A stretch of DNA of 60,963 nt from a virus (lineage: Duplodnaviria > Caudoviricetes), in the IMG/VR virus record IMGVR_UViG_3300050004_000011, positions 1 to 60,963 of that record; one strand, written 5' to 3'. The notes beneath the pieces were generated by a model, which was not told where the DNA came from, did no database searches, and saw only the letters and a list, made by a program, of their open reading frames with translations. Shown in pieces: positions 48,068 through 58,586 of this stretch; position 1 is the first letter of the stretch; every line of letters starts with the position of its first letter. The position numbers and the translations under genes are program-made.

Positions 48068-48592
48068 TCATTTTTGCCAGATGAGAAGAACACACCCGAA
48101 CTTGGGTGACGAGCGGCGTCCCGTCTTGGGGTCCAGGATGGGGGCTCCGTCCTTGAGGAAGTGCGTGCGACCCTGCAAGAACTCGGTGGTGAACGAGGAC
48201 CACCCACCCGGTAGTGGATCTGCTTTGCCATCTCGCAAGTGCTCCACGGCCTCCTGCCACCACGGCTGTTCCGTGCGAGTGGCGGGCACCAGCATCACCA
48301 CGAGGTCGGCATCGCTGTCCCACGCCTTGAGCACCCACGACACGATGTCACTGAAGGGTGGGTTGCAGAACGCGCGAGCTCCAGCCCAATTGCCGGTAAG
48401 GCCATTGAGTCCTGGCTGCACCTCCACTGTGTCGTGGTATGCGTGCTCGGTGTAGAACTGCTGGCACTTGGCATTGGCTGGAGTGGCGCACACGTCCAGG
48501 TTGAAGCTGAAGCGCTCATCCAGGCTCTCGAACAACTCAGGAGGCGTCTCGCGGACGTCGTCCTCCGGCAGCATTGGCTCGTGGCGGTTCAC
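48068..48592 (-). CDS. Phage DNA N6-adenine methyltransferase
   Basis: ETPPELF, FNLDVCA, FCNPPFS, LVPA.RT. Confidence 0.85.
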   Translation of the reverse strand: MNRHEPMLPEDDVRETPPELFESLDERFSFNLDVCATPANAKCQQFYTEHAYHDTVEVQPGLNGLTGNWAGARAFCNPPFSDIVSWVLKAWDSDADLVVMLVPATRTEQPWWQEAVEHLRDGKADPLPGGWSSFTTEFLQGRTHFLKDGAPILDPKTGRRSSPKFGCVLLIWQK

Positions 48593-48839
48593 AACCACGC
48601 ATCCTTCTCGTCGAGCGGGGTCGGCGGCGCGCTGTCGGGCGCTGGCGCTGGCGCGGGCAGCGTGGGGGCGCACGATGATGGCGGCGGCGCGGGGATCGTG
48701 GGGCGGGTCTCGAACTCTGGATCACGCGCGAGCGTGTGCAGCAGGTCATCGTTCAGTCGGGGGCGTACGTCGTGGCGCATGATATCGAACATTTCGTTGT
48801 CTGAGTAGGGTTGGAGCCATTCAGGCCAGTGGGGTGTGG

Positions 48840-49379
48840 TCATTTTATGGCCGCCGAACACGTGCACTGGATAGCAGCACGCACGAAGGCCTGATAGTAG
48901 ACGTACTCTTCGTACGCTGCGATTGCATCATCGCTAGCTCTGTAAGTACGGGGGTTGCTGTTCACGAACTCGGGCACGCCGTTGTTCACCGCCTGGAACT
49001 CGCTCGCCTTGAGTTCGATGGGGAGCTTGCGCTCGAGCGCCTTGGCGAAGGCGGGCATGTGCACCCGCAGGAACCTGAGATCGAAGTCGAGCGCTCGGTT
49101 GCAGATGGCGTCGGCGCGCGTCCACGGACCCGCGAGCAGCATGCCCTCCACCTGGCTGAGGCGCTTGGCGTGCTCACCGCCGAAGCACTCCTCGATCAGG
49201 GCCGCATGAAATGCTGGCGCCTTGAAGCTGTCGGGCTCGTGCGCGATGACCTCGCTGAAGGTGTGCAGCACGTCGAGCTTGTCCGCATCGAGCAGGATGC
49301 AGCAGACCTCGAGGATCTGATCCTTGTGCTCATTGAAGCCAGAAGTACTTAAATCTAGTATTAAAATCGTTGCGGTCAT
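48840..49379 (-). CDS. Oligoribonuclease/DEDDh-like protein with altered active site
   Basis: LDLSTSG..DQILEV, FDLRFLRVHMP, YRASDDA. Confidence 0.7.
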   Translation of the reverse strand: MTATILILDLSTSGFNEHKDQILEVCCILLDADKLDVLHTFSEVIAHEPDSFKAPAFHAALIEECFGGEHAKRLSQVEGMLLAGPWTRADAICNRALDFDLRFLRVHMPAFAKALERKLPIELKASEFQAVNNGVPEFVNSNPRTYRASDDAIAAYEEYVYYQAFVRAAIQCTCSAAIK

Positions 49380-50044
49380 ATGTTGTTTTTCTTGGTGGTT
49401 TGACGGTTCTGCGCTGCTTCGCGCATCTTGATGCGTGCTTCAGAACTGTGTTGTCTTCCTGTAGCGGCAGCACTCATTTTCGCTATGGTCTCTGGTGAAC
49501 GGGGAACGCCTTTCAGTGGTGAAGGTTTCCCTTGCTTGGTCTTGCTGATCTTGTCTCGAACCTCTTGCGTTCTAGGCATCCCTTTGCTGTCGGGACGAGA
49601 ACAACCCATTTTCCCTGCACTAATTCGTGCTCTTGTCTCAGCGTTTGGATTGCGACCGCGACCTGCCTCTGCGATCTTTCGCTTGGCTTCTTCCGTGTGT
49701 TTTTTGCCCAGACGTGCGGCTCGGTTCTTTGCTTTGGTTTCCTCGGTGTGTTTGAGACCCCACACACCTTCCCCGCCCGCAGTCAGGTTGTATTCGGGCT
49801 TGGTGAAGCGAATCAGCGAGATCTCAGCCAATCTGGCTAGTGCTACGTTCGGGAATCCTGCAACCACCTTGAACTCAAACACTTCAGGTCCGTGCTTGCG
49901 CAGAGCTCTGTGAAATTTCGTCTTGGGTCTGGTTCGAGAAAGGCTTCTGTGATCGTGGAACCTTCTGCCTGGTTTTTGCGAGATGCCTACGTACCGTGAG
50001 CCGTTGGCTGTATTCGTGACTTGGTACACCGCTACAGCATTCAT
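49376..50044 (-). CDS. GIY-YIG homing endonuclease with NUMOD3 repeats
   Basis: VYQVTN..YVG, YNLTAGGEG, repeated HTEE.K.K; low GC. Confidence 0.88.
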   Translation of the reverse strand: MNAVAVYQVTNTANGSRYVGISQKPGRRFHDHRSLSRTRPKTKFHRALRKHGPEVFEFKVVAGFPNVALARLAEISLIRFTKPEYNLTAGGEGVWGLKHTEETKAKNRAARLGKKHTEEAKRKIAEAGRGRNPNAETRARISAGKMGCSRPDSKGMPRTQEVRDKISKTKQGKPSPLKGVPRSPETIAKMSAAATGRQHSSEARIKMREAAQNRQTTKKNNI

Positions 50045-50553
50045 GAGTGAAGCTCCGGGCAGCAATGTGCGCAGATGCAATCGGGGTCTGCATGTCTCTT
50101 GCCAGACTCAGGGTAGATGTTGACGCGCTTGCCGGTGGTGTGATCGAGCCACGTGTGGCGCTTGCGGCGTTTCTTGTGGGGGCGCGAGTCGAAGGGCAGG
50201 CACTCCCACTCGGCGCCGTCCTCGGGGAACGCCAGCGCGTGCAGCACTGCGCGGGCTTCGGGCTCGTAGGGGAGCTCCAGCTGGTCCAGCGAGTTCAGCA
50301 GGCTCTCGAGCGCGGCTACCTCGCTGCGCTCGGCTACCGGAATCAGGATGCTGCCCTTCCAGCGGCCCGTGCAGCGCCCGCGACCCACGTGCTCTTCGTG
50401 GATGTCGGCGAAGAGCGGAAAGTCATACGGTGAATCGCGCGTGTCGAGCGTGCTGTACTTCGCCATCACCCAGCCCGTGCTGGTGTTCATGCTCGTGCGG
50501 ATGCTGGGCGTGATCTGCCGTGCAAACGAAGTGGCGGGGGGAACGCGGGTCAC
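50041..50553 (-). CDS. Hypothetical protein
   Basis: First ORF of the leftward unit, divergent from the primase. Confidence 0.55.
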   Translation of the reverse strand: MTRVPPATSFARQITPSIRTSMNTSTGWVMAKYSTLDTRDSPYDFPLFADIHEEHVGRGRCTGRWKGSILIPVAERSEVAALESLLNSLDQLELPYEPEARAVLHALAFPEDGAEWECLPFDSRPHKKRRKRHTWLDHTTGKRVNIYPESGKRHADPDCICAHCCPELHS

Positions 50554-50848
50554 AGATCAAGCATGACGTGGTCATTTTGATTGCGCAAGCAGATGCGGTC
50601 AATTTGTGCTACCTTGGAAGCTGGCGCGCATTTCGCACGCCAAGCACAGAAGGAACGACCGTGTACGGTATCAAACCGCCAGACCCAACCTACGTCAAAA
50701 TCAAGCGCCACCTGGACGCGATCGCTGGCATCCTACGCGAAGCTTCAGCCGAAGAAATCGACGCTTTCGAAGATTCGTTCTCGGACAATTCGGTGATCGG
50801 CTTCGCAATAAACGCTGTGCGTGACTACTCGAAGGCGGTTTCAGGTCG

Positions 50849-53155
50849 ATGAACGCACAAAGCACAACCCCCGGTCACGCAGAACACGTGCCGGGGGTCC
50901 AGGAGACCGAGACCGAAACCAACTACTCCCAAGGTATCACTGAATTGACCGCAGCGCCACTATCCCTGACACTTTTCCTCGGCAACGAGACCAACACCAC
51001 CCCCACCGACGTCATCGAGCTCGAGTGGGAATCCCTCGAATCCACGCTGCGCCGCCTGACCGTGCCGGGCCCCAAGGGCTCTGCAGGCTACGTGGTCGCG
51101 GGCATCGTCACCGGTAACCGCTGCGAGGACAACACGGGCCCTGCAACAGCGTTGGTGGTCGACTATGAGCCACCCCCATCGCTGGCACCGATCGAATGGG
51201 ACTGCATCTGGCCCTGTGATTTCGTGGCCCATACCACCGCCTCACATGATCCGGCTGGCGTGGGCGAGCGTTGGCGTGTTTTTTTGCGCCTCGCCGAAGA
51301 TATCCCCGCCGACCGGTACAAGCAGGCCCGGCGGGCTATCGAAGCGGACCTGCCACCGGGCAGCAAGATCCGCGGCCGGAGCCAGCCGGCCTTCCTGCCA
51401 ACGCGCCACGACACCCTCTACATGAACCAGACCGGTGCCGGCGGTCTGGATTGGCGTTTGCTGCTCGCCAGCGCCCCTGTGGGAGGCCCGTTAGTTGTCG
51501 GTGAGCGTTCTGTGGGGGAGGCGCCCGACCCCGCCCTGGTGGCGCGCCTGCTCGACCAGTGGGTGCGGGTGTGGCCGGAGACCAACCGCCACGATGCGTC
51601 GTTTGCCCTCGGAGGCCTGCTCGCGCGCGGCAGCTGGCCGGATGACGTGTGCCTGGCCTTCGCCGAACAGATCCTGTTCAAGACGGACAGCAACGTGGAG
51701 GACGGCCTCGAGTGCGTGGAGCTCAGCCTGGACCGGGTCGGAGACGGCGAGACCGTATACGGCTTCCCCACCCTGCTCGGCCTGCTGCGCCTGCCGGAGG
51801 GCATCCCCACCAGCCAGCGCTCCGCGGTGCTGACCACGTTCCTCGAGAGCTTCGTGGACGCCATGAAGCCCCCCGCCCCGCCGCCAGCGCCCGCCGCCGT
51901 GGTCACGTGCGAGGGCGACCCGCCTCGCGTCGATCCCAGGGACGAGGCGTTGAACACGTGGGACGCTTTTCTGCACAAGCACCCCAAGACGGGCAAGCGC
52001 CTCGCGAACAGCTGGAACCTGGAGAACACCTTCGAGAACCATCCGTCATGGGACGGCGTGTTCGCGTGGGACGAGTTCGCCAGCAAGGTGGCGATCCTAC
52101 GGGACGGCCCCGACGGGAGCGGAATCTACGCCGGGAATTACTGGAGCCCCGACAACGGAGGCGCCTTCGCCATTCAGGTCTGGTTCACGGCCAAGAAGTT
52201 CGACGAGTTCTCGAAGACGCTGCTCATCGACGCGATCCACCGCGAAGCCGGCAAGCATTCGTTCCACCCCGTGCGTAAGTACCTGGACGAGCTCCCCCTC
52301 TGGGACGGCGTCGATCGCAACCTGTCCACGTACCTGGGCGCCGAGCAGACGGAATACCACCGAGCGGTGTGCGGGGCCTGGCTCCGGAGTGCTGTCGCTC
52401 GCGTCATGCAGCCGGGCTGTCAGGCGGACAGCATTCTGGTCCTCGAGGGGCGACAGGGTGCGCGCAAGAGCACCGCACTGCGGGTCCTCTGCCCCGACAC
52501 CCGCCACTTCCTGGTGGTGCGCTCGGACATTCGCTCGAAGGACTTCCTCAGCAACATGCGCGGGCGCTGGATCGCAGAGTTCGCTGAGGTTGACAAGCTC
52601 ATCGGCAGCCGGGACGCCAGCGAGCTCAAGGACATTCTGACCACCACCATCGACGTCTACCGCAAGGCCTACGGCGTGGACGACCTCGCGTACCCGCGCC
52701 AGCTCGTCTTCGCGGGCACCACCAACGAGCATGACTACCTGAAGGACCCCACAGGCAACCGCCGATATTGGGTGGTGCTCTGCGGCGAGCTCATCGACAC
52801 CGACGCGCTACTGCGGGACCGAGACCAACTCTGGGCCCAGGCCTACTCCGAGTACCTGCTCGGCATTCCCCACTGGCTGGACAGCCAAATGTCCGGGGTC
52901 GCCGCCGAGCAGGCCTCTGAGCGCCTGGAGAGTGACGACTGGGAGGTGGTGATCGAGACCTACCGCGCAGAACTGACCGCACTCGAAGACGGATTCACCA
53001 CCACCGACGCCCTCGGGAAATTGCCCGGAGCCATCCCCGTCGCGCAGATCGACCAGAAGCACACCCGCAGAATGGCGAAAGTCCTCAGGAAACTCGGCTT
53101 CGAATATCGCCGCAAGCGCGCGGGCGGCAGCCGAATCAAGCGCTGGTTCGCCTGA
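50849..53155 (+). CDS. Primase-like N-terminus fused to a VapE/VirE P-loop helicase
   Basis: VDYE, HTTASH, RWRVFLRL; FHPVRKYL, LEGRQGARKST, GTTN..YLKDPTGNRRYW. Confidence 0.88.
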   Translation: MNAQSTTPGHAEHVPGVQETETETNYSQGITELTAAPLSLTLFLGNETNTTPTDVIELEWESLESTLRRLTVPGPKGSAGYVVAGIVTGNRCEDNTGPATALVVDYEPPPSLAPIEWDCIWPCDFVAHTTASHDPAGVGERWRVFLRLAEDIPADRYKQARRAIEADLPPGSKIRGRSQPAFLPTRHDTLYMNQTGAGGLDWRLLLASAPVGGPLVVGERSVGEAPDPALVARLLDQWVRVWPETNRHDASFALGGLLARGSWPDDVCLAFAEQILFKTDSNVEDGLECVELSLDRVGDGETVYGFPTLLGLLRLPEGIPTSQRSAVLTTFLESFVDAMKPPAPPPAPAAVVTCEGDPPRVDPRDEALNTWDAFLHKHPKTGKRLANSWNLENTFENHPSWDGVFAWDEFASKVAILRDGPDGSGIYAGNYWSPDNGGAFAIQVWFTAKKFDEFSKTLLIDAIHREAGKHSFHPVRKYLDELPLWDGVDRNLSTYLGAEQTEYHRAVCGAWLRSAVARVMQPGCQADSILVLEGRQGARKSTALRVLCPDTRHFLVVRSDIRSKDFLSNMRGRWIAEFAEVDKLIGSRDASELKDILTTTIDVYRKAYGVDDLAYPRQLVFAGTTNEHDYLKDPTGNRRYWVVLCGELIDTDALLRDRDQLWAQAYSEYLLGIPHWLDSQMSGVAAEQASERLESDDWEVVIETYRAELTALEDGFTTTDALGKLPGAIPVAQIDQKHTRRMAKVLRKLGFEYRRKRAGGSRIKRWFA

Positions 53156-53440
53156 GGGCCCCCGTGTCTCAGGGTCCCTCCGCAGCGAGGGGCCCACCTC
53201 AGGGCCCGACCTAAATCCAGACAGTTGTTGGTGTATTCCTGGCTGGGTACCTGTCCCCCTGAGTATTTCTATTTATTCATAAGGAAGGTGGTAGCGCACA
53301 TACCCCCTCCCCCTGTTTTATAGGAGGTTGTGAGCTCGAACCAAAATCGAGGGCCCGGGGGGCCCAGCAAGCACTTTCAGGAGTACTATCGAGCAGTTAG
53401 CCTCAGGGACCCGGAGTTGGGTGGGCCCCCGAGAGGTGCC
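53153..53440. other. Putative replication origin
   Basis: About nine (CTC)AGGGNCCC-like repeats flanking an AT-rich core just after the primase-helicase. Confidence 0.5.
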
Positions 53441-54274
53441 CAGCCACCGGGCCAATTACCGAATATCCGTCAGCGAGCCGGACGTTTCCTGAGTTAAATC
53501 AGCACTGTAACGCCTCTGGCGAAAATATGGGGGATCAGCCGCGTGACCGGGACCCATTTTCCCAAAAATATCTGGGAAATACGCATACATGACTGCGAGC
53601 TCGCGCCGATCCGCACCGTGAGGCCACCCCCCAGGCCCGCCGTTCGCCTAGCACACATACGCGCACACTATCGGGCATGTCGTTGCGATAATCGGCCTGT
53701 CTAAATGGGCGCTTTCCTTAATGATATCATGCATGTGCACCGGCGTAATAGGCCGGTAACAGTGTCAACCCAGGGAGTGACCATACACTACACTACATGA
53801 CCATACAACACATGCACTGTCACACATATGCAACCCTGTGGTTGCGCATCCCATGATATAACACACTGTGTTAATTGGCCCATGACCCTATGCCCATATG
53901 TGGCCCTATGTGTACCAAGGTGGAATTAACACAGTGCACCATACCCAGTGTGCGCACTCACCCCACACCAGGTAGTGCACCGAAACGGAATTATGCCTCT
54001 CGAAAGAAAGTGACCTGACCAATTAAAAGTGACTACAGTCCTGCGTCGTGTTACCGTTCATCTAGGTATGAGCAGCAACAAGGCCCACGCAATCGAGACC
54101 GCAACCATGCCGCGCGACCCCCGCGTCCCCAGTGACATGCTCTCGCTCCACTGTGCCGCCACGCTGTCTTTCTGCCCCGTTCGCTCCGCTGAACGCCGCG
54201 CTCGCACTGACTATGTCGCGAGCTTGATTAGCGACGCGCTCGACGCCAAGGCGTGATAAAGTGACCGCACTGAA

Positions 54275-55159
54275 GTGACGATCCAATACCTGACCGGAGC
54301 GCACAACGCGGGTGTAGAGGGCATCGCCCACGACCGCAATATCGGCCTGCTAGTGCAGCCTGGCAATCGTTATGACTTGCAGGTGCACAACTATCCCGTG
54401 TGGGCGGGTGACAACGGCGCCTTTACCACTGTGAAGGGCGGCTTTTCTCCGGAGCGTTTCCGCACCATGCTGGCCCGCCCCAACTTGCTGGCGGCCCACG
54501 AAGGTCGTCTGGTTGAATACGTTGCCGAGGTGGAAGGCCGTCTCGAGCTCGAGACCTATGCGGCGCCCACGGTTGCCGCGGCGCATGCATTCGTGGCCGG
54601 CTGCGATGCTGCGCGCGTGTGTCATTCACCGTGCCTATTCGTGGTGGCGCCTGACGCGCTCATAGTGGGCGCGGACGGGCATGTCCGTGGTGATGCCGTG
54701 GCCACACTCGAGCGATTCGACGTGTGGGCGCCTGAGATCCGTGCCGCGGGCTTTCCCGTCGCACTCGTTGCACAGAACGGCCTCGAGCAATGGCTGGACT
54801 ATGTGTGGTGGGATATGGTCGATGTGTTGTTCCTCGGCGGCGGTCCCGATCCAGCGCTAGTCACCCGGGCCAACCGCAAGGGCGAGTGGAAGCTGTCCGA
54901 GCTCGCTCGAGAGTGCGTTGTCCGAGCTCAACTCGAGGGCAAGCCCACACACATGGGTCGCGTCAACTCCTACAAGCGAATGGCACTCGCACAGGCATGG
55001 GGCGTGGACACCGCGGACGGTACGTTCCTCGCGTTCGGCCCTAAGAAAAACCTACCACGGCTAGTAAAGTGGCTAGACAAGCTGAATCTGACCGCACCGC
55101 CCGCACTACTGCCGGGCGTGCCCGCAAACATCCACCAAAACATACAAAAGGCGTCATGA
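54275..55159 (+). CDS. Putative TGT/DpdA-like TIM-barrel protein
   Basis: GDNGAF, VAPD, LFLGG, HMGRVNS, DTADGT motifs. Confidence 0.5.
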   Translation: MTIQYLTGAHNAGVEGIAHDRNIGLLVQPGNRYDLQVHNYPVWAGDNGAFTTVKGGFSPERFRTMLARPNLLAAHEGRLVEYVAEVEGRLELETYAAPTVAAAHAFVAGCDAARVCHSPCLFVVAPDALIVGADGHVRGDAVATLERFDVWAPEIRAAGFPVALVAQNGLEQWLDYVWWDMVDVLFLGGGPDPALVTRANRKGEWKLSELARECVVRAQLEGKPTHMGRVNSYKRMALAQAWGVDTADGTFLAFGPKKNLPRLVKWLDKLNLTAPPALLPGVPANIHQNIQKAS

Positions 55160-55560
55160 AAGTATATCTCGCAGGGCCGATCAATGGCCGCACCGACAGT
55201 GAGTGCAAAGACTGGCGCGCGCTCGCCACAACCGAGCTCGGGGCGGACAACGTGTTTGACCCGATGGTGAGGGACTATCGGGGGCGCGAAGGCGAGCTCG
55301 GTATTGCCAAGGCGATCGTGGAACAGGACAAGGCAGACATCGATGCGAGCTCGGATGTGCTCGTATACTTCGACAGCCCGTCCGTGGGGACGGCTATGGA
55401 AATCCTGTACGCGTGGCAACGAGGTAAGCGCGTGTGGGTATGCAACGTGAGCGGCAAGGCACCATCGCCGTGGCTCGTGTATCACTCGCGGTGCATTCAG
55501 AGCTCGCTCGCGGACACCATCTCTGCAGTGCAGTGCTACCACGCCCGCACTGCAGTGTGA
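55156..55560 (+). CDS. Nucleoside 2-deoxyribosyltransferase-family protein
   Basis: KVYLAGP, D...ID, SVGTAMEI. Confidence 0.85.
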   Translation: MKVYLAGPINGRTDSECKDWRALATTELGADNVFDPMVRDYRGREGELGIAKAIVEQDKADIDASSDVLVYFDSPSVGTAMEILYAWQRGKRVWVCNVSGKAPSPWLVYHSRCIQSSLADTISAVQCYHARTAV

Positions 55561-56084
55561 ATCTGACCGCACCGTAGGAATCGACAACGGTCTGCGCTTT
55601 TACCTTCTTGTGAATCTGACCGCAGCCGTTCATAGTAAGTGAGGGCAGCGACGCTGACCTCCCCCGCCGGTGGCACCGGCTGAACCCCTCCCTTGGTGGC
55701 GATGATGACTGGGACAGGCAATTACGCGGCCAGCAAACAGCGATAGCGATACCGCGGCGAATCAAGCGGTAACCAAAGCCCGGCACCCCACAAGGTGACC
55801 GGGCATACGGCATTAGGAGACCCTGAAAATGGCCACATCACACCGCATGTCCGCTGCCCGCCGCTCGCTTGCCACGATCATCGCAGTTGCCGCACTACTC
55901 GCATGCGCTGGCATGGCCCGCGCTGATGTGTGCACGAAGGGCAAGCCGGTCATCACTACCGACAGTGCAGGCCGCACGATCATCACCACCCCCAAGGTGT
56001 GTGTGGTGACCCCCACCACGAAGTGACAGCCAGTTAGTTTTTTCGATCCCAAAACTGCAAAATAATTTCAGGAGACCAATTCCC

Positions 56085-56417
56085 ATGACCTCAGCAATCG
56101 AATCCGCCTCGTTTCAGACCTACGCCGCTTGGCTCGATGAACAACGCAACTTCGTGAGCTATGATGACAGCACCGAGCGCGCGGACTGGCTCGCGGACAA
56201 CGCGCCCGGTCACTTCCACGAACCCGATTACGCCGCGGCCGCGGCTGAACTAGGGCTCTCGTTTGACCCTGCCAACTTTGAGTACGACAGCAACGAGGGG
56301 CAGCAGATCACGGAATCGGCCGAGGCCGACATGACGAATACCGAACGCGGGTGGCTGCTGTCGTGGGAGTGGTCGGTCGACGAAAATGATACCGCTCCCG
56401 GCCCCAAGCGAAAGTGA
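56085..56417 (+). CDS. Acidic hypothetical protein
   Basis: AGGAG RBS. Confidence 0.6.
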   Translation: MTSAIESASFQTYAAWLDEQRNFVSYDDSTERADWLADNAPGHFHEPDYAAAAAELGLSFDPANFEYDSNEGQQITESAEADMTNTERGWLLSWEWSVDENDTAPGPKRK

Positions 56418-56472
56418 CCGCACCTGCTCAAGTCTGACCGCAACCACCCGTTCACATTTACAGGAGCCAATC

Positions 56473-56844
56473 ATGACCACCACGAAAAACACCACCTGCG
56501 CTGACCTCGTTCTGACTCACATCGTCGATGCCCGCGCCGGCAATCGGGCCGTACACTTCCCGCAATGGCTTGATGCACACGAAGCTGCCTGGCGCGCGCC
56601 GCGTGCGGGTGGTGAGCGCGCCATCAAGTCGCTGATCGACGGCTACGCCGCGCTCGCTGATGCATCCTTCTCCGGGTGCGGTATCCTGCTAGGCGATGAT
56701 GCGTTCTATTGTGACCATGCGGTGTCTCTCGTGGACGCCATGCGCGCAGCCCTGAACCTAGACTGTGGGCGACTGGACTGTGGTACGCTGGACCGACTCC
56801 TCTGCAGGCTGGCGGCCGCGAGTGGCGTCACCCTGGACGAGTAA
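56473..56844 (+). CDS. Hypothetical protein
   Basis: AGGAG RBS. Confidence 0.6.
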   Translation: MTTTKNTTCADLVLTHIVDARAGNRAVHFPQWLDAHEAAWRAPRAGGERAIKSLIDGYAALADASFSGCGILLGDDAFYCDHAVSLVDAMRAALNLDCGRLDCGTLDRLLCRLAAASGVTLDE

Positions 56845-56914
56845 TTCACCGACTCGCCCTACCGACCCGCCCGGCCTTGCGCCGATTGGCGGGTTTCGGG
56901 CGTTCGTGAGGACC

Positions 56915-57364
56915 GTGAATTGTCAGGTTTGCAGCAAAGTGATACCGGCAGGTACGCCTAAAAGACCGCGCAAAGTTTGCTCTATTGCTTGCCGATCTAA
57001 GCTTCCTAGCGGGAAGTGGATCCTACCTGACCGCCCCCTAACAGGTAAGGAACGTCGCGCAAGGTGTGCAGCAAAGCACCCTACTGCGATGACACGATAC
57101 AAGCGCAAGCATCGTTTGAAGCAAAAAGGTCTGACGGTTCAACAATTCTTAGACATGCTCGCGTTGCAAGATGGTAAGTGCTGTCTGTGTGAACACGTCC
57201 ACGTGGAAGGTGATGCACGAAAGTCGCTGGTTGTAGATCACTGTCATCGGTCTGGGTGCATTCGTGGACTCTTGTGCCACAGTTGCAATCGAGCAATCGG
57301 CTTGATGAAAGATGACTCCGAACGGTTGCGAAACGCTGCACAGTATTTGGAGATCTTCAAATGA
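56915..57364 (+). CDS. Endonuclease VII-type HNH homing endonuclease
   Basis: QDGKCCLC, VDHCH..G.IRGLLCHSCN; low GC. Confidence 0.88.
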   Translation: MNCQVCSKVIPAGTPKRPRKVCSIACRSKLPSGKWILPDRPLTGKERRARCAAKHPTAMTRYKRKHRLKQKGLTVQQFLDMLALQDGKCCLCEHVHVEGDARKSLVVDHCHRSGCIRGLLCHSCNRAIGLMKDDSERLRNAAQYLEIFK

Positions 57365-58410
57365 GTCTCCGCCCTTACCAGGTTGCAGCTGTCAATCAGA
57401 TTGGTGCTCATTGGGCTGCCGGACGTCGCAGAATATGCCTATCGCTCCCAACCGGAGCCGGGAAAACCGTGGTTGCTGGCGCGTGCCTGGCCCCTGCACG
57501 CAATCCACTAGCGCTCGTACACACTGACACGTTGCACGATCAGGTGTCCCGCCGACTGCCGCGCACGACCGTGCACACAATTCAGGGCGCGCTCGCCCGA
57601 GGCCGATCGTTGGCCGCGCACGACATTGTGTTTTTGGATGAGTGTCACCACATTGTTAGTCCGGAGTGGGTCCGCGCGCTCGCGTTGCTGTCTCCGAGCG
57701 CGTTGATCGTGGGAATGACCGCGACACCCGAGCGCGCGGACGGGACCGGCCTGGACAACGCCTTTGACGCGCTCGTCAGCACGGCGCGCTATTCGGATCT
57801 GTTGCGCGATCGGTACCTGACCCCGTGCGACGTGCTGCCGTGTGATGGCATGCCCCCTGCGCAGGCCTACTTGGCTCACGGCCGTGGCCGCCCTGGGGTG
57901 CTGTTCGCCACCACTATTGTGGAGTGCAGGGCAGCTGTGGCCACGCTCCGCCGGGCTGGCGTGCGGGCGGCATGCCTGGACAGCACCGTGCCCGGACCCG
58001 CCCGGCGGGCCTTGGTGGCGGCGTACGACCGTGGTGAGCTGGACGTGCTCGCCAGTCCCATGGCACTGGCCGAGGGCTTTGACAGCCCGCGCGCGGAAGT
58101 CTGCATCCTGGACCGCCAGTGCGCACACGTGGGCACGTACCTGCAAATCGTGGGGCGCGTGCTCCGAGTGCACCCCGGAAAACAGCGCGCGCTCGTGCTG
58201 GACTGTCGGGGCGCGGCCGAGCGCCACGGTCATCCGACCGCCGACCGCGTCTACAGCCTGACAGGGCGCGGCATCCGTCCGGCAGCTGCCCCGGAGTCCC
58301 GCCCTGCTCCGCCTCGCTCCGGCGTGGCCCCGCGGCCCGGCACGACGGCGCCGTGGGGCGGTGTGCTCGAGCAGGCTGTCGGGTGGTTTAAGGGGTGGCT
58401 AGCAGCGTGA
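57361..58410 (+). CDS. DExH-box helicase
   Basis: LRPYQ, PTGAGKT, DECHH, TATP, EGFD, QIVGRVLR. Confidence 0.9.
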   Translation: MSLRPYQVAAVNQIGAHWAAGRRRICLSLPTGAGKTVVAGACLAPARNPLALVHTDTLHDQVSRRLPRTTVHTIQGALARGRSLAAHDIVFLDECHHIVSPEWVRALALLSPSALIVGMTATPERADGTGLDNAFDALVSTARYSDLLRDRYLTPCDVLPCDGMPPAQAYLAHGRGRPGVLFATTIVECRAAVATLRRAGVRAACLDSTVPGPARRALVAAYDRGELDVLASPMALAEGFDSPRAEVCILDRQCAHVGTYLQIVGRVLRVHPGKQRALVLDCRGAAERHGHPTADRVYSLTGRGIRPAAAPESRPAPPRSGVAPRPGTTAPWGGVLEQAVGWFKGWLAA

Positions 58411-58586
58411 CACGCCTACACCAGACCTCGATATCCTACCCAGACTCACATTATCTCACGTTTACCCACATTGTGTGCATTTATCCTACTTTAACCTACA
58501 TTTACATACATGTAGGTTTTGGTAGGTATTTGTATGCGATGTGGGTTTTTGTCGTTTTTTTAGCGCGCTTGGTAGCGCTAGCGCTA

